64,000 nt of DNA from the NCBI GenBank assembly GCA_050261115.1, contig JBLNCY010000057.1, positions 32,001-96,000 of the forward strand, in the 5' to 3' direction. How positions within the stretch are numbered: the first letter of the stretch is position 1; every line of letters starts with the position of its first letter. Shown one piece after another: positions 29,587 through 39,652 of the stretch. The notes under the pieces are model-generated. The model was not told the origin of the DNA. It ran no database searches and was given only the letters and a program-made list of their open reading frames with translations. The position numbers and the translations under genes are program-made. This stretch comes from Methanocella sp. Lineage in GTDB: Archaea > Thermoproteota > Bathyarchaeia > Bathyarchaeales > Bathycorpusculaceae.

Positions 29587-30165
29587 TTAATTTAGGAGTT
29601 CAAGAAGCCTGTTCCATGACTCTTTAGCATCTTTAGCGTTTTGGTTGCGAGGAAAAAAGCTGCAGATAACACCTAAATCCCTACAGCTATCCAAGTTCCG
29701 CTTCAAATCATCCACAAACAACACCTGACCACCCGCGATCTGCGAAATCACGTATTGGACTTGTGCTCGTTTGCTTGGGAACCGTTCGCGACCCACAACC
29801 TCCTTGATGAAGCCGGCTAAGCCATGCTCTTCAAGATAGCCTTGGATTACCCGCTTAGTTTGCATGGAGACGATATAGATAGGGATTTTTTTCTGTCTAA
29901 CTGCCTTGAGGAATCCTGCGATATAGGGTACCTGTGGGCTCCTCTTTAGCGCTTCAATCTCCATTTTCTCAATTTCTGCGCTGGCTTGTGCAAAAACTGG
30001 TGTGCCAAAGTATTGCTCATAAAACGTGAGGAGACTCTTAACCTCTTGTCCAGTGCATGTTGATGCTAACTTTAGTGCTTCTTTCCAGTTCACCTCAACG
30101 TTGACTACTATGCCGTCGAAGTCAAGCGCAACCGCCGCAACTTTTGGGTTTATGCTACTTGCCAT
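29587..30165 (-). CDS. HAD-superfamily phosphatase
   Basis: Motif I ALDFDG, motif II IVS, motif III K, motif IV LFVDD. Confidence 0.85.
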   Translation of the reverse strand: MASSINPKVAAVALDFDGIVVNVEVNWKEALKLASTCTGQEVKSLLTFYEQYFGTPVFAQASAEIEKMEIEALKRSPQVPYIAGFLKAVRQKKIPIYIVSMQTKRVIQGYLEEHGLAGFIKEVVGRERFPSKRAQVQYVISQIAGGQVLFVDDLKRNLDSCRDLGVICSFFPRNQNAKDAKESWNRLLELLN

Positions 30166-31232
30166 GTTTTATCTTCATGCTCCAGAATTACTCCGGCGTC
30201 TAGTTGTCGTACCAGCAGATAATTGGCTGGGAATAGGTCGTAGGTGGGTAGTTTGCCGTCTGTTTCGCCTAAGAGCGCCAGTTTAAGGTATTGGTAGGCT
30301 AGGTTGAGTTCGGGTTTGTTAAATACCTTGGCAAACGCGTAGCCCCATAGTGGTGCGGTGGTGTGCCATTTGCCATCCACTTCGGTTACTACGGGGTTGC
30401 CGTCTGCGTCTTCTTTGATGTCGGTAGAGTAGAATCCATGTGGCTGCAGGTCAAGTGCTTTAACGGATTCTATTCCGATGCGGCTAATTTTCTGGTCCAC
30501 TATGGTGCGGGCGATGGTTGGCGTTCCCGTTACCCCCGAGAGCGAGATATGCTTGAGGAAGTACTCTAAGCGTTCACGACAGTAAGACGTCACCAGTTTA
30601 CCTTTATACCAAAGCGAGTCACATGCCAAGTCGCGGCCAGGCAGAAACTCTTGGATTACAAAATCGCTGACTCTACTTCTTCCCTGCGAAACGTTAAGTT
30701 CAACCCAAAGCCGCGCTTGCTGAGCGTCGGAGACTTTTAGGCCTAGTCTGCCGCCTGCGCCACGGCGCGCCCGTATCCAAAGCGGCGCCCCAATCCGGCT
30801 GAATGCTTGTTCTATATCTTGGAAGCTGCTTACTTCGATGGTTTTGGGGACGCGGACTCCTTTGGCCAGTAGGGCGTTGTGGATGAATAGTTTGTCTGGC
30901 ATGATGGCGTTGGGTTGAGGTAGGTAGGTTTTTACGTTGTTGAATTGGGTCAGGTTTTGTGAGACGACTTGGGCTTCGCTTGAGGGGTGAGGGTGGAGGA
31001 AGTCGATTTTGTGGGTTTGGATGATTTTTTGTAGGAGTGGGATGAAGGTGGGGTCGTCGTGTCGGGGTGAGTGGTATCTTGTGTCGGTGTCTGGGAACCG
31101 TAGGAGGTGGGGGTTGTGGTCGGTGCAGGCGATGTAGATGGGGATGTTTTTCTGTTGCTGTGCGAGTCTGAGGGCTCGGATGAAGCTAATGCCGCCGGAG
31201 CCGCCAGAGCCTGTTACAAGTATGTTTGTCAT
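30150..31232 (-). CDS. ATP-grasp fold carboxylate-amine ligase
   Basis: ILVTGSGGSGG, DK..L..GV.VPKT, P.WIR..GAGG, IQEFLPGR, D.KED..G.P.VTEVD. Confidence 0.85.
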   Translation of the reverse strand: MTNILVTGSGGSGGISFIRALRLAQQQKNIPIYIACTDHNPHLLRFPDTDTRYHSPRHDDPTFIPLLQKIIQTHKIDFLHPHPSSEAQVVSQNLTQFNNVKTYLPQPNAIMPDKLFIHNALLAKGVRVPKTIEVSSFQDIEQAFSRIGAPLWIRARRGAGGRLGLKVSDAQQARLWVELNVSQGRSRVSDFVIQEFLPGRDLACDSLWYKGKLVTSYCRERLEYFLKHISLSGVTGTPTIARTIVDQKISRIGIESVKALDLQPHGFYSTDIKEDADGNPVVTEVDGKWHTTAPLWGYAFAKVFNKPELNLAYQYLKLALLGETDGKLPTYDLFPANYLLVRQLDAGVILEHEDKTWQVA

Positions 31233-32038
31233 TGCGTCTCACGTTTCTGTTCTTGTACTATCTGGTAAGCTTGGCTTCCAGTTAAAAACGTTATATCCAA
31301 AGCGGCGAGTTCCTCGACGAGTTTCGGGTAGACTCTGCCTCCCTTCATCATCACCGCATTGTCATGCCAAAGCAAAGTAAGCAACTCCGCGCCGCCCTCG
31401 TAGAGTTCTTTGGCGGTTTTTACGATGTAGGGCACGATGGATTCCTCGGTGTGCTTCATGTAGGTGAAGAGGTAGGCGTCCATGTAGGTGATGGGAAACA
31501 CAGTAACGCCGTCCCGCTCAAAACAACCAGTGTTTCTAGGAGTTATGGTGTGTTTGTCGTATGAGATGGATGAGTCGTATTTGATGCTTGCTGCCTTAAA
31601 GTTGGGGTAGGTGTTTTCTTGGATTTTGAGACAGTGGATTCGGCAGCCCACGATGGGTGCACCTAAGGCTTGCTCAATTAGGCTTTTCTCTTTGTCTACG
31701 TCTTGTTGGTTGGCAGTATTGTTTGCGTGTAACCCAACCTCCCAGCCATGTGCCCTAAGATCACGGAGAGTTTCTGAGTACTCCATTACGGGGCTTCCAT
31801 CATCATATATAGGGCGGAAGAAGAATGTTGAGCGAATCCCGTGTTTCCCTTCGATTTCACATATTCTTGGTACCCCAAAGTAGGGGTTAAAATTGCCCTC
31901 TTGCATTTTTTGGATGATGTCTGGGGTAAATCTGTCTTGCCTTGCCAGAACGTGCGCCTTGCCCGGACCGTTTAAGGGCCAGTCAACGTCGTGGGTTAAA
32001 ACGAGTTTACGCTGACTTTTGGGCGTCGGTGACTTCAA
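31229..32038 (-). CDS. Polysaccharide deacetylase (NodB/CE4-like) family protein
   Basis: LTHDVD, STFFF, EVGLH, G.RIH, YDSS, LLWH. Confidence 0.85.
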   Translation of the reverse strand: MKSPTPKSQRKLVLTHDVDWPLNGPGKAHVLARQDRFTPDIIQKMQEGNFNPYFGVPRICEIEGKHGIRSTFFFRPIYDDGSPVMEYSETLRDLRAHGWEVGLHANNTANQQDVDKEKSLIEQALGAPIVGCRIHCLKIQENTYPNFKAASIKYDSSISYDKHTITPRNTGCFERDGVTVFPITYMDAYLFTYMKHTEESIVPYIVKTAKELYEGGAELLTLLWHDNAVMMKGGRVYPKLVEELAALDITFLTGSQAYQIVQEQKRETQ

Positions 32039-32130
32039 GGCGGGTCTCCGCTTCTCTATTAGGCTTTGGGATATAAAGATTTACAGTAACCACTAACCCA
32101 GTTGCCGATTGTAGAGCTACCGAATGGGGT

Positions 32131-32307
32131 TTATTCGGCGATGTAGCCTTCTAAGCCGTTTAGAAGCGACTTCATGCGGGGTTTATGCTTCTTGTGGATG
32201 TGAACGTCCACTTCGTTTTTGGTATCGAAGATTCTTCCGCATTCAGCGCACATGTACTGTCCGGCTCTGGTTGTGGGGGTGCTTCTTCGCTTAACTACCT
32301 GACTCAT
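32131..32307 (-). CDS. Stand-alone C2H2 zinc-finger microprotein (58 aa, not in ORF track)
   Basis: Hand translation MSQVVKRRSTPTTRAGQYMCAECGRIFDTKNEVDVHIHKKHKPRMKSLLNGLEGYIAE; Y-x-C-x2-C-x3-F-x8-H-x4-H. Confidence 0.82.
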   Translation of the reverse strand: MSQVVKRRSTPTTRAGQYMCAECGRIFDTKNEVDVHIHKKHKPRMKSLLNGLEGYIAE

Positions 32308-32380
32308 CCTCTAACTCCTACTGGTTATTATAAAAATGGAAAATGGCTTAACTTGCTGTGTGCAGGCAAACAGTTACACA

Positions 32381-32530
32381 CTATTCTTGCTCGTGTTCTT
32401 TTCCTTCCTCTATGAGTTCACGGACCCGTGGCCCACCTTTTGCGCCGCCTTTTCTACCGGCTTCCTCAACTGTCATTTTCCCTTTTCTTGCGCTTGTTTC
32501 CATGTCCTCTTCTCTTCGCCTTCTTGACAA
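32381..32530 (-). CDS. KGG-repeat small hydrophilic stress protein (YciG/GsiB/Con-10-like)
   Basis: GKMTVEEAGRKGG motif; TTG 32530 lies 5 nt after SD GGAGGTGA. Confidence 0.82.
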   Translation of the reverse strand: MSRRRREEDMETSARKGKMTVEEAGRKGGAKGGPRVRELIEEGKEHEQE

Positions 32531-32681
32531 ACATGTCACCTCCATTGTCGGAGCTTGCCAATGAAACTCTAGCAGATTTGAATTCGACATAAAGCTATGT
32601 GGCTGTTATTACGCAGTAACATTCCATTTTGGGTTGTATTGCTTATTAGGGGCACCGCGTTGTTAGAACTGTGAACCGAAA

Positions 32682-34028
32682 TTGTTGCGGGAAGCTTGGA
32701 CAATCGCCATAGAAACCCTGAGTTGGATGGAGATTCGCAGACTAAACGAGCGCAGCGCCCTGCTACGCACTACTAAGCAGCTAAACATCAACAACCCCGG
32801 GGTCATGCGCTTAGCTTATGGCTTGGTTGTGGAGACAACCCGCCGCAAAAACCTCATCGACAAACTCATAAATGACGTAGTCTCGCCCAAAACTCTAAAG
32901 GAGTTCGATCAAGGCTTACAGGCGTTCCTGCGCCTCTACGTTTACCAGACCCGAGTTACCAAGAACTGGGGTAAATATAACCTCAAAGAAGCTAGCAACA
33001 TTGCCAGCCTTGGACGCAGCATCCTGGGTTGGGAATCCATGCTGGAAATCGAGCCCTACCTCGGCTTCCTTTTAACCCGAAAAATTAGCCCCATAATCGA
33101 GGCGGCGCCGGTAGCAGAGAAAATCGCCCTTCAAACCTTCAACCCAACCTGGTTTGTGGAGTACTGCTTTAGCCACTTTGGCAAAGAAGAAGCCGTCGCG
33201 TTCCTTCAGGGCAGCCTCAATCCGCCTCCGACGTACATTCGTATAAACACGCTGGCCGGCTCAGAAGAAGAAATCCTCCCTAAGCTATCCGCGGAAGGAA
33301 TTAGGCTCGAAAAGGCTGAACCCCTAAAGTATACCTACAAAGTCCTCGAAACCAAACAGCCATTGAACAATTCGCAGGCTCTTAGGGCAGGCCTCTTCTA
33401 TGTGCAAGACAAAGCTAGTTGCTTTGCAACTCAAGCCGCAAACCCAAAGCCCGGCAGCGTGGTCTTTGATGTCTGCGCCGCACCGGGAGCCAAAACCACC
33501 TTCCTTGCCCAGCTTATGCAAAATCAAGGCAGAATAACCTCCGTCGACTTCTCTGCCAAACGCATGAAGACCTGGCAAAAGGAAACCCATCGCATGCAAG
33601 TCACAAATGCGGAGTCACTGGTTGCAGACGCAAGAGTCTCCATCCCCTTAGTTGGGCAAGCTGACCTTTTGGTTCTTGATCCGCCTTGCACAAGCAGCGG
33701 CGTCTTTGCTAAGCAGCCCTCGGCCAAATGGCGTCTTAGCCCAAAATCCATCCAGAACATGAGTGCGATTCAGCTGAAAATGATTAACAACTGCGCTGAC
33801 AAAGTCAAAGCTGGCGGCACCTTAGTTTACTCTACTTGTAGCATTACGGTGGAGGAGAATGAGGGGGTCATAGAAGCTTTCCTGCAAGCCCACCCAGAGT
33901 TCAGTCTTGTAGAGATTGAGCCAAAAGCTGGGCTACCAGGACTTAAAGGCTTAACTCAGTGCCAACGCCTCTACCCGCACCTGCACCACTGCAATGGCTT
34001 CTTCATAGCCAAACTACAGAAGCAGTAA
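32682..34028 (+). CDS. RsmB/NOP2-family RNA m5C methyltransferase with NusB-like N-domain
   Basis: RINTL, YVQDKAS, DVCAAPGAKT, LDPPCTSSG, VYSTCS..EENE. Confidence 0.92.
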   Translation: MLREAWTIAIETLSWMEIRRLNERSALLRTTKQLNINNPGVMRLAYGLVVETTRRKNLIDKLINDVVSPKTLKEFDQGLQAFLRLYVYQTRVTKNWGKYNLKEASNIASLGRSILGWESMLEIEPYLGFLLTRKISPIIEAAPVAEKIALQTFNPTWFVEYCFSHFGKEEAVAFLQGSLNPPPTYIRINTLAGSEEEILPKLSAEGIRLEKAEPLKYTYKVLETKQPLNNSQALRAGLFYVQDKASCFATQAANPKPGSVVFDVCAAPGAKTTFLAQLMQNQGRITSVDFSAKRMKTWQKETHRMQVTNAESLVADARVSIPLVGQADLLVLDPPCTSSGVFAKQPSAKWRLSPKSIQNMSAIQLKMINNCADKVKAGGTLVYSTCSITVEENEGVIEAFLQAHPEFSLVEIEPKAGLPGLKGLTQCQRLYPHLHHCNGFFIAKLQKQ

Positions 34029-34625
34029 TCAACCGCTACCAAAATCGCCCAGCGTCCTCTGCGGCGACTCCTTACTATAGAGCGGGTATGTCACTTTTGT
34101 GCCCTCTACATGTGCCAACTCGTTGAGCTCATGCCGCACCGTACCATCCTTGCTGATTATATGCAGCACTTGGATATGCCTGGCGACCAATGCGTCGCTA
34201 ATCAGGTTGCGGTGGCACTTCCAGGGCAACGCCTCAGCACACATCAACGCCACCCGATTCTCCCTTGCCAAAGCAACAATTTTCAGAAGTGCTTCGGTGA
34301 ATTCTTTGCTTTGCATATAGTCGGCGTATCCCCGGAAACTTGGATTTTTCAAGCCGAGGTTGATGCTGTTGGCTTTGGGGTGACGTAGGCCGCCGATTTC
34401 GGGCAGATGCACATATTTTATGTTATAGCGTTTGAGGGTGTTGGGTAGTGCTTCTTTGTTGAATTGGGGGTTGTGGCGGCTGTGCGGCGCTGTGCGGACG
34501 TCGATAACTAGGGTGACGGAATAGGTTTGCAGGAGTTCTAAGAATTCTTCTATGGTGCGTGTACTGTGCCCTATGGTGAGCACGGTCAAGTCTGGTTCTT
34601 TACTCAACTCAGATAATGCCCTCAT
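34029..34625 (-). CDS. DUF488 family protein
   Basis: TIGHSTR, LVIDVR..P.SR.NPQFN, GGLR, FRGYADYM, LMCAEALPWKCHR. Confidence 0.9.
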   Translation of the reverse strand: MRALSELSKEPDLTVLTIGHSTRTIEEFLELLQTYSVTLVIDVRTAPHSRHNPQFNKEALPNTLKRYNIKYVHLPEIGGLRHPKANSINLGLKNPSFRGYADYMQSKEFTEALLKIVALARENRVALMCAEALPWKCHRNLISDALVARHIQVLHIISKDGTVRHELNELAHVEGTKVTYPLYSKESPQRTLGDFGSG

Positions 34626-34971
34626 CTGCTGATATGGGCGGTTTGGATATAAGAATTAACCCTCAAACTGCCCTAGCACAGATACCTTGACAAAAGTTAG
34701 GAGAGAGATGCAAAAAAATTCATTGAGTAAACAAATAATCCCTCCCTTTTGCTTCGAACGGTATGGGTAGATTCAGCAAAACTTAGGTGCTTTAGCGGCT
34801 GTTATCCCATCCTCTATGGCTCTACAGCAAGAGACTTAAAACCGTTAACTTGCCTCTGCCTTGAGAATTAACACTCTAAGGCTCGAAACACATCACTAAA
34901 GATGAAAGATAGGCCTCATTCATTTTTATGTGGCGTTCAGGTTTAGTTAGGTCTTGCACTTACAAGCCATT

Positions 34972-35025
34972 GTTGAACCCTTGGTTGATTCTATATATAA
35001 GGGGGGGTCTATGGCAGAGCAATAG
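34972..35025 (-). repeat. Dispersed intergenic element, copy 4
   Basis: GTTGAACCCTTGGTTGATTCTATATATAAGGGGGGGTCTATGGCAGAGCAATAG. Confidence 0.9.
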
Positions 35026-35205
35026 ACGCTGTTTATTTGTTGGGTGCCGGACTAATTGCAGAACCAAAAACAACAAACCGATTAATTCCCAGCTTTCACA
35101 CTGGGTCCCTAGCAGGCGTTGGGTTGCTATCAAACCTGCCATTTTGTACCTAAAAATGTGCTAAACCGCCATTCCAGCGGCAGCTTTTGGGTTTTCCTTT
35201 TATAG

Positions 35206-35219
35206 GAAGGTTTTTAGTA
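35206..35219 (+). promoter_or_regulatory. Putative BRE/TATA promoter of the proteasome-exosome operon
   Basis: GAAGGTTTTTAGTA ~57 bp upstream of the psmA ATG. Confidence 0.5.
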
Positions 35220-35275
35220 TAGTTATTGTATGAGTCTGTGAAAAAGTACAGAGTCTATAATGAGGTTAACATATT

Positions 35276-36004
35276 ATGTCCGTATTTGCAGCACCTGGAG
35301 CATATGACCGTGCAATAACTGTATTCTCGCCTGATGGCCGACTATTTCAAGTCGAATACGCGATGGAGCTCGTAAATCGCGGGGCCACCATACTTGGCAT
35401 CCAAACCTCAGAAGGATTAGTTCTAGGATCAGAAGAAAACATTGAAGTCCTCGAAGAAGCAGGCTACAGCTGGAAAATCTTCCGCGTCGACGATCACATC
35501 GGCGCAGCCATCGTCGGCTTATCAAGCGACGCCAGAATACTAATCGATCAAGCACGCATCTATGCTCAAAGTAATAAACTAACATACGACGAACCCATCG
35601 ACGTAGAAGTCGTAACCAAACGCATCTGCGACATCCAACAAATGTACACCCAACACGCAGGTGTCCGACCCTTCGGCGTATCCATAATCTTCGGCGGAGT
35701 CGACAAAACCGGTCCACGCGTCTTCGGAACCCACCCAAGCGGCACATACCGCGGCTACAAAGCCACCGCCTTGGGAGCAGGACGCGAAACCGTACTAAAC
35801 ATCCTAAAAGAAGAATACAAAGACGACATGACCATTGACAACACCATAAAATTAGCGGTAAAATGCCTAGTCAAAGCACTCGAAGCACGCCAGCTACCAC
35901 CCAGAATCAAAATCGCAATCATCCCAGCAGCAACAAAGAAAATGGAAATGCTAAACGACAACACAGTCGAAGGATACATCAAAGAGCTGGGCCAAAGCAA
36001 GTGA
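35276..36004 (+). CDS. psmA: Proteasome subunit alpha
   Basis: YDRAITVFSPDGRLFQVEYA, RPFGVS. Confidence 0.97.
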   Translation: MSVFAAPGAYDRAITVFSPDGRLFQVEYAMELVNRGATILGIQTSEGLVLGSEENIEVLEEAGYSWKIFRVDDHIGAAIVGLSSDARILIDQARIYAQSNKLTYDEPIDVEVVTKRICDIQQMYTQHAGVRPFGVSIIFGGVDKTGPRVFGTHPSGTYRGYKATALGAGRETVLNILKEEYKDDMTIDNTIKLAVKCLVKALEARQLPPRIKIAIIPAATKKMEMLNDNTVEGYIKELGQSK

Positions 36005-36011
36005 CAAACTG

Positions 36012-36698
36012 ATGAGCGAAAAGTTCACAGTCGCACGCTTAACCAGAGAAAACGAACACTTTGAAATCCTCGTAAAACCAGCAAAAGCGCTCTACTACCG
36101 CAACGGCAAAATCGCAGGGATAACTGAGGTTTTAGCCGCCGACATCATTTTTTCTGACGCTAACAAGGGCACCCGAGTCTCAGAGGAGGCTATGAAAAAA
36201 GCCTTCAAAACCACAGACACCCTAAAAATCGCAGATGAAATCCTCAAAAAAGGCACCCTTCAACTCACAACTGAACAACGCAGAAAAATGGTCGAGGACA
36301 AAAAACGGCAAGTGATTGACTTTATCGCTCGACAGGCAGTTGACCCCAAAACCAACCTGCCTCATCCGCCCATGCGCATCGAAAACGCCATGGAGCAAAT
36401 CCGTTACTCCATAGACCCATACAAGTCCGTGGAGGAGCAAGCAAAAGACATCGTTAAACTCTTACGACCTATCCTGCCGCTTAAAGTCGAGCAGGTCAAG
36501 GTTGCAGTAAAAATCCCCGCACAATACGCCTCCAGAGCCTACGGCACCGTTAAAACGTTGGGCACCATAAAACGTGAAGAATGGCGCGGCGACGGCTCTT
36601 GGTACGGCGAACTTGAATTACCCGCAGGCGCCTATGCTTCGCTTCTAAACAAGCTTGGCGACGCCACAAAGGGAAGCGGAGAAGCAAAAATAATCTAA
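36012..36698 (+). CDS. Ribosome maturation protein SBDS/SDO1
   Basis: HFEILV, IFSDANKG, LQLTTEQRR, DPKTNLPHPP.RIE; canonical operon position. Confidence 0.95.
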   Translation: MSEKFTVARLTRENEHFEILVKPAKALYYRNGKIAGITEVLAADIIFSDANKGTRVSEEAMKKAFKTTDTLKIADEILKKGTLQLTTEQRRKMVEDKKRQVIDFIARQAVDPKTNLPHPPMRIENAMEQIRYSIDPYKSVEEQAKDIVKLLRPILPLKVEQVKVAVKIPAQYASRAYGTVKTLGTIKREEWRGDGSWYGELELPAGAYASLLNKLGDATKGSGEAKII

Positions 36699-36721
36699 GT
36701 AATATGAAAAATGGTGATTTT

Positions 36722-37435
36722 ATGCCAACATTCTTTGAAAAAAAACAACTCGTAACGCCCGGAGAATTACTCGCAGAAGGCGACTACTTACCTGGCGAAA
36801 ACACGTATATTGAAAACGGCAAGATATTCGCCGAAAGAATTGGACTCGTAGACAGCGATAACAAAAAAGTTAACGTGGTGGCACTTAGAGCATTTTACGT
36901 GCCAAAAGTCGGTGACATAGTAATCGGAACAGTTACTGAAGTAGGCTTCAACGGCTGGACCGTCGACATCAAATCCCCCTACACCGCCATGCTACGCGCA
37001 TCCGATGTGCTTAGCAGGCCCTTTAAGCCCCAAAACGACGAGTTATCAGCAGTCCTAAACACAGGCGACCTCATCGTAGCCAAAATCGCCTCATACGACC
37101 GCGCACACGACCCACAATTAACCGTGGGCGAGCCAGGATTGGGAAAAATTACTCGCGGCCAACTCCTCAGAGTAACCCCAACAAAGATTCCTCGTATCAT
37201 CGGACGCAAGGGCTCGATGATATCTATGATTAAGCAGGAAACCAACTGTCAAATCATCCTTGGACTCAACGGCGTCGTTCTAGTCACAGGCAAGACCCCT
37301 GAAGAGGAAGCAATAGCCATCGGCGCAATCCGCAAAATTGAAGAAGAATCCCACACAAGCGGCTTAACCGATCGCATCACACAGTTATTGAAAGAAAAGA
37401 AAACACCAGCCCAACTGGAGGAAATACAACAATGA
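36722..37435 (+). CDS. rrp4: Exosome RNA-binding subunit Rrp4
   Basis: [16 protein letters not shown] (S1), [13 protein letters not shown] (KH); SD GGTGA before ATG 36722. Confidence 0.95.
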   Translation: MPTFFEKKQLVTPGELLAEGDYLPGENTYIENGKIFAERIGLVDSDNKKVNVVALRAFYVPKVGDIVIGTVTEVGFNGWTVDIKSPYTAMLRASDVLSRPFKPQNDELSAVLNTGDLIVAKIASYDRAHDPQLTVGEPGLGKITRGQLLRVTPTKIPRIIGRKGSMISMIKQETNCQIILGLNGVVLVTGKTPEEEAIAIGAIRKIEEESHTSGLTDRITQLLKEKKTPAQLEEIQQ

Positions 37436-38178
37436 ACGAAAAAACTGAAAAACTAATCGACAAGAAAGGCATCCGCGGCGACGGAAGAAAAGCGGATGAA
37501 CTTCGCCCCCTAAAACTACAGGTCGGCGTACTTCCAAACGCTGATGGATCAGCATACATTGAACACGGCAAAAACAAAATCTTAGCCGCAGCATACGGCC
37601 CAAGAGAAATGCACCCCAAGCACCTCGCACAAGCAGATCGCATGGTGCTCAGATGCAGATATCACATGGCGCCCTTTAGCGTGCAAGAACGCAAATCTCC
37701 CGCACCCTCACGCAGAGAAGTTGAATTAAGCAAAGTAATCAAAGAATCCCTTGAACCAGCCCTATTCCTTGAACTCTACCCCCGCACAGGCGTCGACGTC
37801 TTTGTGGAGGTTTTACAGGCAGACGGCGGAACCCGCTGCGCAAGCATTACCGCTGCAGCTCTAGCTATTGCTGATGCGGGTGTTCCGATGCGTGATTTAG
37901 TTGTGGCATGCGCCGCAGGCAAAGTTGAGGACCAAGTCGTCTTAGACCTCTACGACGCCGAGGACAAATTAGGCTCTGCCGATGTCCCCGTTGCTTACAT
38001 GCCTAATCTAAACGCAATCACGTTACTGCAGATGGATGGTGTTCTTTCTCCAGCTGAATTCGAGAAAGCAGTCACTATGGCTATGGATGGCTGCAAAAAG
38101 ATCTACCAAATGCAGAAAGAAGCACTTAAGACCAAATATATGGCTATTAAAGAAACTGAGAAGGAGACTGAAGAGTAA
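37432..38178 (+). CDS. rrp41: Exosome complex exonuclease Rrp41
   Basis: [35 protein letters not shown]. Confidence 0.97.
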   Translation: MNEKTEKLIDKKGIRGDGRKADELRPLKLQVGVLPNADGSAYIEHGKNKILAAAYGPREMHPKHLAQADRMVLRCRYHMAPFSVQERKSPAPSRREVELSKVIKESLEPALFLELYPRTGVDVFVEVLQADGGTRCASITAAALAIADAGVPMRDLVVACAAGKVEDQVVLDLYDAEDKLGSADVPVAYMPNLNAITLLQMDGVLSPAEFEKAVTMAMDGCKKIYQMQKEALKTKYMAIKETEKETEE

Positions 38179-38969
38179 TGTCATCACTTGTAACTAAAGT
38201 CAAAGTAAAGCAAATCGAAGCCCTACTAGAGAAAGGCACACGTATGGATGGTAGAGGCTTACTTGATACCCGCGAAATCAAAATCGAACAAGGCCTCATA
38301 GAGAAAGCCGAGGGCTCAGCTCGTGTGCTTTTGGGCAAAACCGAGGTGCTTGTCGGGGTTAAAGTCGAAACAGGCGAACCCTTCCCAGACACACCAAAAG
38401 AGGGCGTCATGACTGTTAACGCGGAACTTGTACCGCTTGCGTCGCCCCACTTTGAGCCAGGTCCACCTGACGAAAACAGTATTGAACTTGCTCGTGTTGT
38501 TGACCGAGGCATTAGAGAATCGCATGCTGTTGATACAGAGAAGCTGTGCATCGAGGAAGGCAAAAAAGTCTTTGTTGTGTTTGTCGATGTCTATGTCCTT
38601 AACCATGACGGCAACCTAATTGACGCTTCTGCAATCGCGGCTATGGCGGCGCTCATGAACACCAAAATGCCTAACTATGAAATCAAAGACGGCGAACTAA
38701 AGATCAAGCAAGGCTACACACCGCTACCCATGAAGAGCCACCCCGTTACAGTCACCATCGGCAAAATCAATGGTAAACTCGTTGTTGACCCTGCATTGGA
38801 AGAGGAATCCGTTATGGATTCGCGCATAACCTTTGCATCTAATGAGGACGGAAACATCTGTGCTATCCAGAAGGGTCTGTCAGGCTTTTTCTCACCGCAA
38901 CAGATTTTAGATGCCTCAAAGATTGCTCTGGACAAAGCAGTCGAATTAAGAAAGAAACTAAACTGGTGA
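38178..38969 (+). CDS. rrp42: Exosome complex component Rrp42
   Basis: RMDGR, AEGSARV.LG.T, PFPDTP, GPPDE..ELARVVDRGIRES, DGNLIDA. Confidence 0.97.
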   Translation: MSSLVTKVKVKQIEALLEKGTRMDGRGLLDTREIKIEQGLIEKAEGSARVLLGKTEVLVGVKVETGEPFPDTPKEGVMTVNAELVPLASPHFEPGPPDENSIELARVVDRGIRESHAVDTEKLCIEEGKKVFVVFVDVYVLNHDGNLIDASAIAAMAALMNTKMPNYEIKDGELKIKQGYTPLPMKSHPVTVTIGKINGKLVVDPALEEESVMDSRITFASNEDGNICAIQKGLSGFFSPQQILDASKIALDKAVELRKKLNW

Positions 38970-38975
38970 AAATAG

Positions 38976-39323
38976 TTGCCCAAGACAAAAAAAGTTGGTC
39001 CAACTCGAGGGTTCGGTCCTCGATACGGTTCCACTGTAAGAAAACGCTACGTCAAAGTCATAACTGAACTCAAAAAGCCACACAGATGCCCCCAATGCGG
39101 GTTTGTCCGTGTTAAACGCGAAAGCGTTGGCATCTGGGTATGCGGCAAATGCGCCTACACCTTCTCTGGCGGAGCGTACACTCCACACACGAAACTCGGC
39201 GCCGTTGCAAAACGTGCAGCTAAAGGCGGTCTAGAAGTTGAAGCGGCCCAAGCGCAGGTACCAGTAGTGGAAGCCGAAGAAGTTGAAGCCGCTGAAGAGG
39301 CAACTGAAGAAACCACCGAGTAA
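38976..39323 (+). CDS. rpl37ae: 50S ribosomal protein L37Ae with acidic C-terminal tail
   Basis: GPRYG..RK, CPQC..GIWVCGKC..FSGGAY. Confidence 0.96.
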   Translation: MPKTKKVGPTRGFGPRYGSTVRKRYVKVITELKKPHRCPQCGFVRVKRESVGIWVCGKCAYTFSGGAYTPHTKLGAVAKRAAKGGLEVEAAQAQVPVVEAEEVEAAEEATEETTE

Positions 39324-39377
39324 ACCTCTCTTCTTTTAACCTATTTTTATTAACTCATTCTATACTTAGGGTACGTT

Positions 39378-39635
39378 ATGTCAATTAGAACCTCAACCGC
39401 TGTCAATTTGCAGTTCACCGACGCAAAACAAATCGATATACTCCTATCCGCGTTATCTCCCGAAGCAATGGCGCCGGCGACTCGACGATCATGTGTCACC
39501 TTGAATAGGGATGGTGTGTGTTTGAGGTTAACTGTTGAAGCCGAAGACACTGTTGCGTTAAGGGCTACTCTAAACACTTATCTGCGCTGGATAAACTCCG
39601 CCCTAAACGTCCTTGAAGCGATTAAGAAAGCTTAA
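39378..39635 (+). CDS. pcc1: KEOPS complex subunit Pcc1
   Basis: AL.PE..R..L.VEAED..ALRA.LNTYLRW; canonical operon position. Confidence 0.88.
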   Translation: MSIRTSTAVNLQFTDAKQIDILLSALSPEAMAPATRRSCVTLNRDGVCLRLTVEAEDTVALRATLNTYLRWINSALNVLEAIKKA

Positions 39636-39652
39636 CTGTAATGGCGAGGGTT

